Shown: one piece after another, positions 49,197-58,637 of the stretch | How positions within the stretch are numbered: position 1 is the stretch's first letter | Layout of the letters: each line of letters starts with the position of its first letter | DNA from: Acidobacteriota bacterium | GTDB lineage: Bacteria > Acidobacteriota > Vicinamibacteria > Vicinamibacterales > UBA2999 | Assembly: GCA_016190945.1 (NCBI GenBank) | Contig: JACPPO010000097.1 | Span: 258-64,257 of the forward strand | DNA: 64,000 bases | Direction of reading: 5' to 3' | Position numbers and translations under genes: made by a program | The notes under the pieces: model-generated | What the model saw: only the letters and a program-made list of their open reading frames with translations | The model's database searches: none | Told to the model about the DNA's origin: nothing

Positions 49197-49561
49197 TTCG
49201 TGTCGTCAGTCTATCAGCCCTCCGGTCCTCGATCGACTTCGTGTACGCTGCACTGGTGGATGAACGCCAGTTCTTTACCGAGAAGCCCGAGCAGCGCCCC
49301 GCGAAGTTTCAATGCCCGCGCTGCCGCCGTACCAACGATTACACGATCCGCTGGATACGCCGCACGAAAAAGATACAGATCCCCCCGGGTGCCGATGCGC
49401 GCGACCGCACGCTGTTTGAAAAGAGCAAGGACCATCTCATCCGCGTGGATGACGATGTGACGTGCAAGACCTGCGGCAAGCGGTTCGAAATCCCTTCACA
49501 TCGTGCGCTGGTATTTCTCGAGGAACTGGAAGGGCTGCCGCGGGACGATGAAACCGAGTAG
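49184..49561 (+). CDS. Small zinc-ribbon protein, function unknown
   Basis: Two CxxC pairs (CPRCRRT ... CKTCGKRF). The start is uncertain: ATG 49184 overlaps the lon start on the opposite strand, and in-frame GTGs at 49241 and 49256 are alternatives. The 3' end overlaps the next gene by 14 nt. Confidence 0.45.
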   Translation: MAWPFRVVSLSALRSSIDFVYAALVDERQFFTEKPEQRPAKFQCPRCRRTNDYTIRWIRRTKKIQIPPGADARDRTLFEKSKDHLIRVDDDVTCKTCGKRFEIPSHRALVFLEELEGLPRDDETE

Positions 49562-50651
49562 CTGGAAAAAGCTCGGCGCGGGGCTGCTCTTGTTGACGCT
49601 GTTGGCGTCGGTCGCCGAACTGGCCGCGAGCTATCTCTACCCGTATTTACAACCCTTGACGGTGAGGCCCGACCCGCAGAATCGTACCGTCTGCGACGAT
49701 GTGTACCGGTTCGACGAACACACGGGCTGGTGGCCGAAGCCCAACCTCGACTGCCTCCCGCAGGAGCGCGATTCACCGGCCATCAGGACGAACAGTCTCG
49801 GATTGCGGGCCGACCATGACTACGGGGACAAGGCGCCTGGCGTGATGAGGATCGGAGTCTTTGGCGATTCATTCACGTTCGCGGATCAGGTGCAGGCAAA
49901 CGAAACGTACGCTTCGATCATTGAGAGGAGCGTTCCAAACGTCGAGGTCCTGAATTTCGGCCTGGGAGGGGGCGGGCCCGACCAGTCGCTCATGGCCCTG
50001 AGGCATAAGGCGGCCGGATTAAACCTGGACGCCGTCATCGTCGCCCCGTTGGTCGAGAACATCGTGCGCACGCAGATGACCGATCGCGGTGGCCGGCCGA
50101 AGCCGTACTTTACGCTCGTCGACGGACAGCTGCAGGCGCACGACTACCCGGTGAAATACCAGCCACCGCCGAGTGCGCCGACGTTACGGCGTGCGGTCGC
50201 GCAAGGGCGTTCGCTGCTGTATGATTCAGCCCTCTGGCAGCTCACGCTCGCGGCCATGAGGCCGGTGGCGTTGTCGTCTGGTCTTTACAATCCGTACACC
50301 GCGTACTACAACGGACCGGCCGGCGAGTTACTGGAACGGATCCTGCTGGCGTTCAGGGAAGAGGCACGGGAAGCCGATCTGATTTTTGCGCCACTCCCCA
50401 CCTACCATTACATCGAATACGATCTCGCGCCTGATTACGAGCAGGTGTTCAGGCGTGCGGCGCAGGGCACCGGCGGGACCTACGCGCACCTGTTGCCCGC
50501 CTTCAAACGCCTGACGCCCGAGCAGAGACGGGCCACCCGCTTCCGTTTCGACCAGCACTACACGGCGCTTGGACACCGGGTGGTCGGCGAAGCGCTCGTG
50601 CCGTACGTGCGCGCCTTCCAGGCTCAGAGGGCGGGTCCGGCGGGTCGTTAG
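49548..50651 (+). CDS. Membrane-anchored SGNH/GDSL-type hydrolase family protein
   Basis: N-terminal TM anchor (LGAGLLLLTLLASVAEL), block I GDS (RIGVFGDSFTF) and a Gly-rich block II (FGLGGGGPDQ). Confidence 0.65.
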   Translation: MKPSSWKKLGAGLLLLTLLASVAELAASYLYPYLQPLTVRPDPQNRTVCDDVYRFDEHTGWWPKPNLDCLPQERDSPAIRTNSLGLRADHDYGDKAPGVMRIGVFGDSFTFADQVQANETYASIIERSVPNVEVLNFGLGGGGPDQSLMALRHKAAGLNLDAVIVAPLVENIVRTQMTDRGGRPKPYFTLVDGQLQAHDYPVKYQPPPSAPTLRRAVAQGRSLLYDSALWQLTLAAMRPVALSSGLYNPYTAYYNGPAGELLERILLAFREEAREADLIFAPLPTYHYIEYDLAPDYEQVFRRAAQGTGGTYAHLLPAFKRLTPEQRRATRFRFDQHYTALGHRVVGEALVPYVRAFQAQRAGPAGR

Positions 50652-50661
50652 GTTTCTGTTT

Positions 50662-51387
50662 TCAATACACCCGCGGCACCAGCTTCCATCGCACCTGCTG
50701 CATGTAGCGCTCGTACGCGCCCGCCGCCGCCGCGCGCATCGAGCGCTCTTCAAACGGAATGGCGATGAGCAAGTAGGCGCAGCTGACGGCTGCGAACACA
50801 AGCCGCGTCATGGTCATCGGCGAGGCCGCGAAGACCATCAGGAACCAGCCGCTGTAGATCGGGTGGCGTACCCACCCATAGGGACCGGTGGTCTTGAACT
50901 TAGGTCCGGAGATCCGACCGCCTCCGGCTTCTCGTTGCGTCAATCCCGCCAGTTCGCGGATGTCGAGGATCGCGGCGCTCTTTAACGTCAGCCAGACGCC
51001 CGCAACCTGAAGCAGACGAAGTGCCCACAGCAGGATCCCGTCCGCGTCCCACGTTACGCCTGGCACGGGTCGCCAGAGCGCGCACGTCGCGACGAAGATG
51101 AGGCTGGCGATGCACACATAGAAGGACCGCTCGAGTGATGCGGGCACCGTCCGCGCGACCCACCGGCGTACGCGCTCGCGCGCGAAGACACTATGGTGCA
51201 TGGCGAACAGAGTAAAGAGCGCGACGTTCCACCCCGCCGCTCGCGCGCGATCGCCGCCGGTGGCCGGCACGCCGAACGTAATTGCATACGCGAAGAGAAA
51301 ATACGCGAGCGAGAGGAAGAACAGGCCCGCGCCGATCCACGCGAAGAGCCGCGCGAAGGCCGGCGACGCGACCGCACGAACGTGCAC
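50662..51387 (-). CDS. ICMT/phospholipid-methyltransferase-superfamily membrane methyltransferase (possibly MddA-like)
   Basis: Multi-TM protein with the C-terminal signature FKTTGPYGWVRHPIYSGWFLMVFA...IPFEERSM. GTG start at 51387. Confidence 0.7.
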   Translation of the reverse strand: MHVRAVASPAFARLFAWIGAGLFFLSLAYFLFAYAITFGVPATGGDRARAAGWNVALFTLFAMHHSVFARERVRRWVARTVPASLERSFYVCIASLIFVATCALWRPVPGVTWDADGILLWALRLLQVAGVWLTLKSAAILDIRELAGLTQREAGGGRISGPKFKTTGPYGWVRHPIYSGWFLMVFAASPMTMTRLVFAAVSCAYLLIAIPFEERSMRAAAAGAYERYMQQVRWKLVPRVY

Positions 51388-51394
51388 GGCCTCA

Positions 51395-51403
51395 TATTAT
51401 AGT
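51395..51403. promoter_or_regulatory. Back-to-back overlapping -10 elements (TATAAT on minus strand, TATAGT/TATTAT on plus strand) in a 22-nt divergent spacer
   Basis: Plus strand cATATTATAGTgaccgcATG, minus strand TATAATatgaggccGTG. Both start codons lie 6-9 nt from a -10-like hexamer. Confidence 0.4.
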
Positions 51404-51409
51404 GACCGC

Positions 51410-52681
51410 ATGTCGGCCAACGGGCAGCTCGGCGTGGTGATTACCGGCATCGGCGTCGTCTCGCCGTTTGGCGTGGGACGCGAGCGCTACTGGGATCACG
51501 TGCGCCGCGGTATGAGCGGGTCCAAGGCGATTACCCAGTTCGATGTCTCATCCTATCCGTGCCGCGTGGCCGCGTGGGTGCCGCCGGTGTCAATGGAAGA
51601 TGCACCCGCGCTCGAAGGGGACGATGACGAGGGGGGACGCGCGGATCCGAGGCGCTATTCGCGGGCGGCGTTGTTCGGCGTCATTGCCGCGCGCGAGGCG
51701 TGGCGCGACGCCGGCCTTCGCGCCGGCGAGCCCGACGCCGCCGTGCTGATCGGCAGCGGCGGGGGAGGCATCGATGTCGGTGAAAAGCAGTACGAGGACT
51801 TCTTCACGAGCGGAGGCCGCCACGTTACCCCCTACGCCATTGCCGTCGGCATCTGCGGCATGGTCTCCAGTGAAATTTCGATCGCGCTGCGGCTTCGCGG
51901 TCTCAGCCACGTCCTGTCCTGCGGCTGTACCAGCTCCACCGATGCGCTTGGGTACGCGGCTTCGCTGATTCGCTCGGGCGAGTACGAGGTTCTGCTGTCA
52001 GGGGGCACCGATGGGTGCGTGCTGCCCGGGATGATTTTCGGGTTTTCGCGCATGCGGGCCGTCTCCACCCACTACAACGACCGGCCCGCCGAGGCGTCAC
52101 GGCCCTTCGATCGGGGACGGGACGGGTTCGTGCTCGGCGAGGGCGCCTGGATGTTCGTGCTCGAGCGCGAGGACCGCGCCATTGCCCGTGGTGCGACCCG
52201 ATACGCGCGGATCGAAGGGTACGCTTCGACCTGCGACGCGTATCATCGCGTTCAGATGGATCCTGACGGCGCCGAAATCGTGCGCTGCATCGAAACGGCG
52301 CTCGACCGCGCGCACCGTCGCCCCGAGGAAATCGGCTACATCAACTACCACGGGACGTCGACGCAATTGAACGATGCCATCGAGTCGCGCTGCGTGCGGC
52401 GTGTCTTCGGCCGTCACGCCGACTTCGTCCCGGGGTCGTCAACCAAGTCCATGATCGGCCACCCGCAGGGCGCCAGCGGAGCCGCCGGCGTGGCGGTGAC
52501 GGCCCTCGCGCTCGGGCGCGGGGTGCTGCCTCCCACGATCAACCTCGACGATCAGGACCCTGCGTGCGACATGGACTTCATCCCGAACGCCGCCCGGCTG
52601 GTGGACGTGGACACGGCGCTCTGTAATTGCCTGGGATTCGGGTCCAAGAACAGCGCGCTGGTGCTCGGGCGAGCTCGGTGA
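51410..52681 (+). CDS. Beta-ketoacyl-ACP synthase I/II-type condensing enzyme (FabF-like)
   Basis: Cys-His-His triad context: SCGCTSSTDALG (Cys), NYHGTSTQLND (His), KSMIGHPQGASGAAG (His). ATG 51410 (MSANGQLGVVITGIGVVSPFG) was chosen. Confidence 0.9.
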   Translation: MSANGQLGVVITGIGVVSPFGVGRERYWDHVRRGMSGSKAITQFDVSSYPCRVAAWVPPVSMEDAPALEGDDDEGGRADPRRYSRAALFGVIAAREAWRDAGLRAGEPDAAVLIGSGGGGIDVGEKQYEDFFTSGGRHVTPYAIAVGICGMVSSEISIALRLRGLSHVLSCGCTSSTDALGYAASLIRSGEYEVLLSGGTDGCVLPGMIFGFSRMRAVSTHYNDRPAEASRPFDRGRDGFVLGEGAWMFVLEREDRAIARGATRYARIEGYASTCDAYHRVQMDPDGAEIVRCIETALDRAHRRPEEIGYINYHGTSTQLNDAIESRCVRRVFGRHADFVPGSSTKSMIGHPQGASGAAGVAVTALALGRGVLPPTINLDDQDPACDMDFIPNAARLVDVDTALCNCLGFGSKNSALVLGRAR

Positions 52682-52764
52682 AGCATCCTTGTGGACCCAT
52701 TCGAACCACTGAGGCGGATTCGTGTTCCGATCGATGTGGCCGGCGACGTCCATCTCGCGCGGCA

Positions 52765-53298
52765 ATGGGAATGATGTCATCGCCGCCCGCCGTCGCCGCA
52801 GGATCTCTCTTCGCCGTGCTGCTGATGATGCTGGCCGAATCACGTGTCTCACGGCGCAACGAGCAGGACCTGCGGCGGCGCGGCGCCATCGAGCCGCCGG
52901 ACGATGTCTATTTGACGATGAGGTGGGCGTACCCGGCCGCGTTCGTCGCGATGGCGGCTGAGGGTGCGCTATTCGGCCCGCCGGCCGCACCGATCGCGCT
53001 GGCCGGCTCGTTACTGCTCGTCGCTGCGAAGGCCTTGAAGTGGTGGGCGATGGCCTCGCTCGGAACACGATGGGCCTTTCGCGTGCTGATCGTGCCGGGA
53101 GCGCCGCTCGTGAACACCGGACCGTACGCCATATTGCGCCACCCCAACTATGTTGCCGTGGTCGGCGAGCTGACGAGCATGGCGCTGCTGGTCGGCGCCG
53201 GTGTGAGCGGGCCCGTCAGCGTGTTGCTGTTCGGCCTGTTGCTGCGCCGCCGGATCCAGGTCGAAAATCGGGCGCTGCGGCACCCGCCTGGCACGTGA
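52765..53298 (+). CDS. Small ICMT-family membrane methyltransferase
   Basis: 177 aa, 4-5 TM helices, signature VNTGPYAILRHPNYVAVVGEL. ATG 52765 was chosen. The upstream track extension overlaps the KAS gene. Confidence 0.7.
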   Translation: MGMMSSPPAVAAGSLFAVLLMMLAESRVSRRNEQDLRRRGAIEPPDDVYLTMRWAYPAAFVAMAAEGALFGPPAAPIALAGSLLLVAAKALKWWAMASLGTRWAFRVLIVPGAPLVNTGPYAILRHPNYVAVVGELTSMALLVGAGVSGPVSVLLFGLLLRRRIQVENRALRHPPGT

Positions 53299-53354
53299 GC
53301 AGGTCCGGCCGCGCGTGTCTGGAACCGGTTGTCGAGCCGGCTGTTAGGTGAGAC

Positions 53355-55928
53355 GTGACATATACTTACGGCACTCCGATGGCAGACCAACGAGTGCAGG
53401 AGAGACCCACGGCTCGGGTGCTCACTCGGCGGCGGCTCCTGGCGGTTTGCGCCGCGTTACTCGTCGCCGTCACGACGTCCTCGTCCGGCCAGACGCCGGC
53501 CGTCGATAGCTCACCAGCGGCGGCCCGAGCCTTTAACCTGGGCCAGTTCGACCAGGTCGAGACGCTCCTGCGCTCGGCAACCGATGAGCGATCGATCGTC
53601 CTCCGAGCCCGCGGCGCCATCGCGCGCGGGCGACACACCGAAGCCGAAAAGCTACTGACCGGAACCGTTTCGTCCGCGCCGGCTGGGGACGCCGCGCTCG
53701 AGCTGGGACAGCTGTACCTCTATCTTGGCCGTCGCGAGGAAGGCACCCGTCTTCTGCAGGCGGTGCTGACGCGTGGCTCCCGGAATTCGCCGGCCGATTT
53801 GATGCGCCTTGGCCTGGCGGCGCGCGCGCTCGGCCGCTTCAAGGACGCCAATGCGTTCCTGCGCGGCGCCAGCACGCTGGCACCCGAGGACCCGGCGATC
53901 AATACCGCGTGGGGCGAGCTGTTTCTCGAGAAGTACAACCGTGCCGACGCCGTTCGATCGTTCCAGGTCGCGCTCAAGGCCGACCCGAGCTACGTGCCGG
54001 CGCGCATCGGCCTCGCGCAGGCGACACTTGAGGAGAATCCGCCCGCCGCGAAGTCCGCTGCGGCAGGGGTGCTGGAGGTCAATCCCAACTACGTCCCCGC
54101 GCACCTCCTGATCGCCGAACTGGCGCTCGACGATCGCCAGCGCGATGACGCGCGCGCATCGATCCGGAAGGCGCTGGACGTGAACCCGAGCAGCCTGGAG
54201 GCACGGTCCCTTGATGCGGCGATCGCGTTCCTCGAGGCGCGAACAAGCGACTTCGAGGCTGCCGTCGCAGGCGTTCTCAAGCTCAATCCCGTTTACGGCG
54301 ACGTCTACCGCGTGACCGGCGACCACGCGGCGCGCAACTACCGGTTTGACGAGGCGGCGGCGCTGACCCGGCGGGCGCTGGACCTCGACGAGGCCAGCAC
54401 GCGCGCGTATGCCGACCTGGGCATGCATCTGCTGCGCACCGGCGACGAAGCCGGCGCGAGGCGCGCGCTCGAAACGGCGTTCAAGGCGGATCCCTACGAC
54501 GTCGTTACCTTCAACCTGCTGGCGATGCTCGACACGGTCGACAAGTTCGAGACGATCCGCGACGGCGACCTCATCGTCCGCCTGCACCCGGACGAGGCGG
54601 GGGTGATGCGCGAGCACGTCGTACCGCTCGCCCGGCAGGCGTTGGAGACGCTCTCGAAGCAGTATCGGTTCAAGCCGACGGGGCCCATCCTCATCGAGAT
54701 GTTCCCCAAGCACGACGACTTCGCGGTTCGCACGATCGGGTTGCCGGGATTTATCGGCGCGCTCGGCGCCTGCTTCGGGCGGGTGGTGACGCTCGATTCG
54801 CCGCGTGCGCGCCCACCGGGGCAGTTCAGTTGGGCCGCCACGCTGTGGCACGAGATGGCGCATGTCATCACGCTGCAGATGTCGAACAATCGGCTGCCGC
54901 GATGGCTGTCTGAAGGGATGTCGCAATTCGAGGAGCGGCGCGCCCGCCCGGCGTGGGGTAGGGAGAGCGAAGTTCCCTTCGCGCGGGCGCTCGACGCGGG
55001 AAAGCTGCTGAAGTTGCGCGACCTGAATGAAGGCTTCAGCGACCCGCGCCTGATCTCGCTTGTCTACCACCAGGCGTCACTCGTGGTCGATCACCTCATT
55101 GATACCTATGGCGAACCGGCGTTGTGGCGGCTGCTCAGGGCCTACGGGGAGGGACTCGATACGGACGCGGCGCTCCAGTCGGCGTTCAACGCCACGATCG
55201 ACCAGATCCAGACGAGTTTCGACGCCAGGCTGGTGCGCGACTACGCGGCGCTGCGCCGCGCGTTGAAGACCCCCGAAATCCCCGATGACCCCACCGTCGA
55301 GCAGCTGAAGGCGATCGCGGCCGACAATCCTGACAGCTTCGGGGTCGAGATGACGCTTGCGCAGGCCCTGTACCAAGCGGGCAATGCCGCCGCGGCCATC
55401 GAGGCGCTGGAACGCGCGTCGCGCTTGGTACCGGCGGCTACTGGCGGCGCGAGTCCGAACGCGCTGATCGCCCAGATTGCGATCAAGCAGGGCGATACGG
55501 CGCGGGCGATCCGTGCGCTCGAGGCGGTCGTCAAGGTGGAATCGGCTGACGTGGAATCGGCGCGGAAGCTCGCGATGCTCGTGGCGCCCCTCGGCGAGGC
55601 CGCCCGCACCGCCGCCGCGTACGGGCTCGTGGCGGAGCTCGATCCGTTCGACGTGCAGGCGCAGGCGGTGGTCGGCCGGCACGCGCTGCGGCAGCACGAC
55701 GCCGCGCGGGCGCTGCGGGCGTTCCGGGCCGCCCTGGCGGCGGGGCCGCCGGACAAGGCGGTCGCGCACCTCGATCTCGCCGAGGCGCATCTTCTGGCCG
55801 GCCAGCTCGGGGACGCGAAACGCGAGACCCTTGCGGCACTCGAGATCGCGCCATCCTTCGAACGTGCGCAGGACTTTCTGTTGAAACTTATTGCGGAGCA
55901 GCCTGCGGGAGCCGGAGGCGCGCCATGA
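53355..55928 (+). CDS. Secreted TPR-repeat protein with gluzincin (peptidase MA-like) domain
   Basis: RR-containing signal region (TRRRLLAVCAALLVAV) and multiple TPR-like repeats on both sides. HEMAH followed 17 residues later by E (WHEMAHVITLQMSNNRLPRWLSEGMSQFEE). GTG 53355 is preceded by AGGTGAG; ATG 53379 is an alternative. Confidence 0.8.
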   Translation: MTYTYGTPMADQRVQERPTARVLTRRRLLAVCAALLVAVTTSSSGQTPAVDSSPAAARAFNLGQFDQVETLLRSATDERSIVLRARGAIARGRHTEAEKLLTGTVSSAPAGDAALELGQLYLYLGRREEGTRLLQAVLTRGSRNSPADLMRLGLAARALGRFKDANAFLRGASTLAPEDPAINTAWGELFLEKYNRADAVRSFQVALKADPSYVPARIGLAQATLEENPPAAKSAAAGVLEVNPNYVPAHLLIAELALDDRQRDDARASIRKALDVNPSSLEARSLDAAIAFLEARTSDFEAAVAGVLKLNPVYGDVYRVTGDHAARNYRFDEAAALTRRALDLDEASTRAYADLGMHLLRTGDEAGARRALETAFKADPYDVVTFNLLAMLDTVDKFETIRDGDLIVRLHPDEAGVMREHVVPLARQALETLSKQYRFKPTGPILIEMFPKHDDFAVRTIGLPGFIGALGACFGRVVTLDSPRARPPGQFSWAATLWHEMAHVITLQMSNNRLPRWLSEGMSQFEERRARPAWGRESEVPFARALDAGKLLKLRDLNEGFSDPRLISLVYHQASLVVDHLIDTYGEPALWRLLRAYGEGLDTDAALQSAFNATIDQIQTSFDARLVRDYAALRRALKTPEIPDDPTVEQLKAIAADNPDSFGVEMTLAQALYQAGNAAAAIEALERASRLVPAATGGASPNALIAQIAIKQGDTARAIRALEAVVKVESADVESARKLAMLVAPLGEAARTAAAYGLVAELDPFDVQAQAVVGRHALRQHDAARALRAFRAALAAGPPDKAVAHLDLAEAHLLAGQLGDAKRETLAALEIAPSFERAQDFLLKLIAEQPAGAGGAP

Positions 55929-56722
55929 CGCGGTCCGCCGCGCTCGTGATGGCCGGCCTGCTGGCGGGCCTGCTGCTCGTCGCGCCGGCCCGCCTGTCCC
56001 AGGCCCTCGCGCAGGCGCCGACGCTGCGGGACGAGCGCTTTGCCGGGCTGCAATGGACGTTCGTGCGCGTCCGGTACAGCGCCCGCACCGAAGACAGCCG
56101 GTATCGTCTGGAGTACTGGGGCGAGCCGTGGGCCATCGACGCGCCCGCTGCCGAGCAGAACCTGTCGCGCCGCCTGCGCACGGCCACGGCGATCGAGGTG
56201 AAGGATCCGATCGTGCTGGCCCTGGACGACCCGAAGCTGTGGGAGCAGGGGTGGCTGTATGTCGTGGAGCCTGGCAATATGCAGCTCCGAGACGAGGAGG
56301 TGGGGAACCTCCGCGAGTTCCTGCTGCGCGGCGGCACCGTCACGTTCGACGACTTCCACGGCCCGTACGAGTGGGACAATTTCGCGAGCGAGATGCGCCG
56401 GGTCTTCCCGGACCGCCAGATCGTGGATCTGGAGCCCCCGCATCCGATCTTCTCGAGCTTCTACAGCATCACCGCCTATCCGCAGACGCCGGGCCTCGGG
56501 TCCTTCTTTGCCGGCCGGACCTGGGAGAAAGGCGGATTCATCGCCCGTCTGCGCGGCATCCTTGACGATCGCGGGCGCCCGATGGTGCTGGCCAACTGGA
56601 ACACGGACATGGGTGACGGCGTCGAGTGGTCCAACGCCGAAGAATACCCCGGCTATATCAAGTACACGGCCGAGGCCTACCGCATGTTCATTAACGAGAT
56701 CATCTATTCCCTCACGCATTGA
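55925..56722 (+). CDS. DUF4159-like protein
   Basis: Signal/anchor, then FVRVRYS...W..D.P.AE.NL and LREFLLRGGTVTFDDFHG, which I recall as DUF4159 features. The start overlaps the upstream stop (ATGA). Confidence 0.6.
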   Translation: MTRSAALVMAGLLAGLLLVAPARLSQALAQAPTLRDERFAGLQWTFVRVRYSARTEDSRYRLEYWGEPWAIDAPAAEQNLSRRLRTATAIEVKDPIVLALDDPKLWEQGWLYVVEPGNMQLRDEEVGNLREFLLRGGTVTFDDFHGPYEWDNFASEMRRVFPDRQIVDLEPPHPIFSSFYSITAYPQTPGLGSFFAGRTWEKGGFIARLRGILDDRGRPMVLANWNTDMGDGVEWSNAEEYPGYIKYTAEAYRMFINEIIYSLTH

Positions 56723-57723
56723 CCACCAGCATTGTGAACTTCGCCGAGCGCGTCCAGCAAGGACGCGAGCGCATCCTCGCCGAGCTCCGCAAAGTGATCG
56801 TCGGGCAGGACGAGGTCGTGGATCAGGTGCTGATCGCGCTGTTCACCGGAGGGCACTGTCTGATCACCGGCGTGCCCGGGTTGGCGAAAACGCTGCTGAT
56901 CAAGACGCTGGCGCAGATCCTGGACCTGCGGTTCAAGCGGATTCAGTTCACGCCCGATCTGATGCCCTCGGACATCACCGGCACCGAGATTCTCGAGGAG
57001 CAGCACGGCACACGCAATCTGCGCTTCGTGCAGGGACCGATCTTCGCGCAGATCATCCTGGCCGACGAGATCAACCGGACCCCACCGAAGACGCAGGCGG
57101 CGCTCCTTGAGGCGATGCAGGAATATCACGTCACCGCGGCGGGGCGGACGTACCTGCTCGACCGACCGTTTTTCGTCCTGGCGACGCAGAATCCTATCGA
57201 GCTCGAAGGCACCTATCCGTTACCGGAGGCCCAGCTCGACCGCTTCATGTTCAACATCGTCATGACGTACCTGTCCGAGGATGACGAGGTCCGCGTCGTG
57301 ACCGACACGACCGGAGTGGACGCACCGGCCATCGGGCACGTCCTGAGCGGCCCTGACATCCTCGAGTTTCAGCGCATGGTCCGGCAGGTCATCGTGAGCG
57401 ACGAGATCGCGCGCTATGCGGTGCGCCTCGTGTCCGCCTCGCGCCCGGGCCAGCGCGGCACGCCGGAGGTCGTCGACAAGTACGTGAAGTGGGGCGCCGG
57501 CCTGCGCGCGTCGCAGTCGATGATCCTGGGCGGCAAGGCGCGGGCGCTCGTCAATGGCCGGCACCATGTTTCGATAAGAGATATTCAGGCGCTGGCGCCT
57601 CCCATTTTGCGCCATCGCATCGTGACGAATTTTTATGCCGAATCCGAGTACGTGAACGCCGACGGTATCGTCGCGCGGCTGCTCGAGGACGTGCCGGTTC
57701 CCAGGAGTGGGATGGCCGTATGA
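56719..57723 (+). CDS. MoxR-family AAA+ ATPase
   Basis: Walker A GVPGLAKT, Walker B ILADEINR, sensor and MoxR C-terminal lid. TTG start overlaps the previous stop by 4 nt. Confidence 0.92.
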   Translation: MTTSIVNFAERVQQGRERILAELRKVIVGQDEVVDQVLIALFTGGHCLITGVPGLAKTLLIKTLAQILDLRFKRIQFTPDLMPSDITGTEILEEQHGTRNLRFVQGPIFAQIILADEINRTPPKTQAALLEAMQEYHVTAAGRTYLLDRPFFVLATQNPIELEGTYPLPEAQLDRFMFNIVMTYLSEDDEVRVVTDTTGVDAPAIGHVLSGPDILEFQRMVRQVIVSDEIARYAVRLVSASRPGQRGTPEVVDKYVKWGAGLRASQSMILGGKARALVNGRHHVSIRDIQALAPPILRHRIVTNFYAESEYVNADGIVARLLEDVPVPRSGMAV

Positions 57724-58637
57724 ACGCGCACGCGACGAGGACGCGGCCGAGCGAGCTTCGGTTTCTCGATCCCGCCATCCTCGCGCGCCTGGGCAGCGTC
57801 GAATTAAGGGCGCGCGCCGTGGTCGAGGGCCTGCTCTCGGGTCTCCACCGCAGCCCGCTGAAGGGCTTCAGCGTCGAATTCGCCGAGTACCGCCAATACC
57901 TGCCTGGCGACGACCTCTCCAGCATCGACTGGAAGGTCTACGCGCGGACCGACCGGTACTGGGTCAAGAAGTTCGAGGAAGAGACGAACCTCGACTGTCA
58001 CCTGCTGCTCGACGCCAGCGGGTCCATGGGGTACGGATCGCGCGGGGTCACGAAGCTGGAGTACGGCTCGATGCTCGCCGCCTCGCTCGCGTATCTCATG
58101 AACCGCCAGCGCGACGCCGTCAGTCTCACCACCTTTGACGAGGCGATTCTGACGATGGTCCCGGCGAGCGCCCGCCCGAGCCATTTGCGCTCCATCCTGG
58201 TGACGCTGGACAGAATCGCGCTCGGTCGCCGGACTGACGTATCGAAGCCGCTCCATCGCCTGGCGGACGGCATCGGCAAGCACGGGCTGGTCGTGCTCAT
58301 CTCCGATCTGCTCGACGAGCCCGAGCGCGTGGTCGATGGGCTCCGCCATTTCCGGTTTCGCGGCAGCGAGGTCATTGTCTTCCACCTGCTGGATCCCGCC
58401 GAGCTTACGTTTCCGTTCGAGCGTGCCGCGCGCTTCCGCGACATGGAACTTGGAGACGAGGTGATGGCGGTGCCGTCGGCGGTGCGGCGCGAGTACCTCG
58501 ACGCGCTCCGGGCGGCACTCGACCGCTACAGGCGCGAGCTCGGATCGGAAGGCATTGACTACCGGGTGCTCGATACGTCGACGCCGCTCGAATTTGCGCT
58601 CGTGTCCTATCTGTCCACACGCGGGAGGGCGCGGTAG
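57720..58637 (+). CDS. DUF58 domain protein (MoxR partner)
   Basis: Characteristic SPLKGFSVEFAEYRQYLPGDDLSSIDWK and a VWA-like DASGSM. ATG 57720 overlaps the MoxR stop (ATGA). Confidence 0.85.
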   Translation: MNAHATRTRPSELRFLDPAILARLGSVELRARAVVEGLLSGLHRSPLKGFSVEFAEYRQYLPGDDLSSIDWKVYARTDRYWVKKFEEETNLDCHLLLDASGSMGYGSRGVTKLEYGSMLAASLAYLMNRQRDAVSLTTFDEAILTMVPASARPSHLRSILVTLDRIALGRRTDVSKPLHRLADGIGKHGLVVLISDLLDEPERVVDGLRHFRFRGSEVIVFHLLDPAELTFPFERAARFRDMELGDEVMAVPSAVRREYLDALRAALDRYRRELGSEGIDYRVLDTSTPLEFALVSYLSTRGRAR

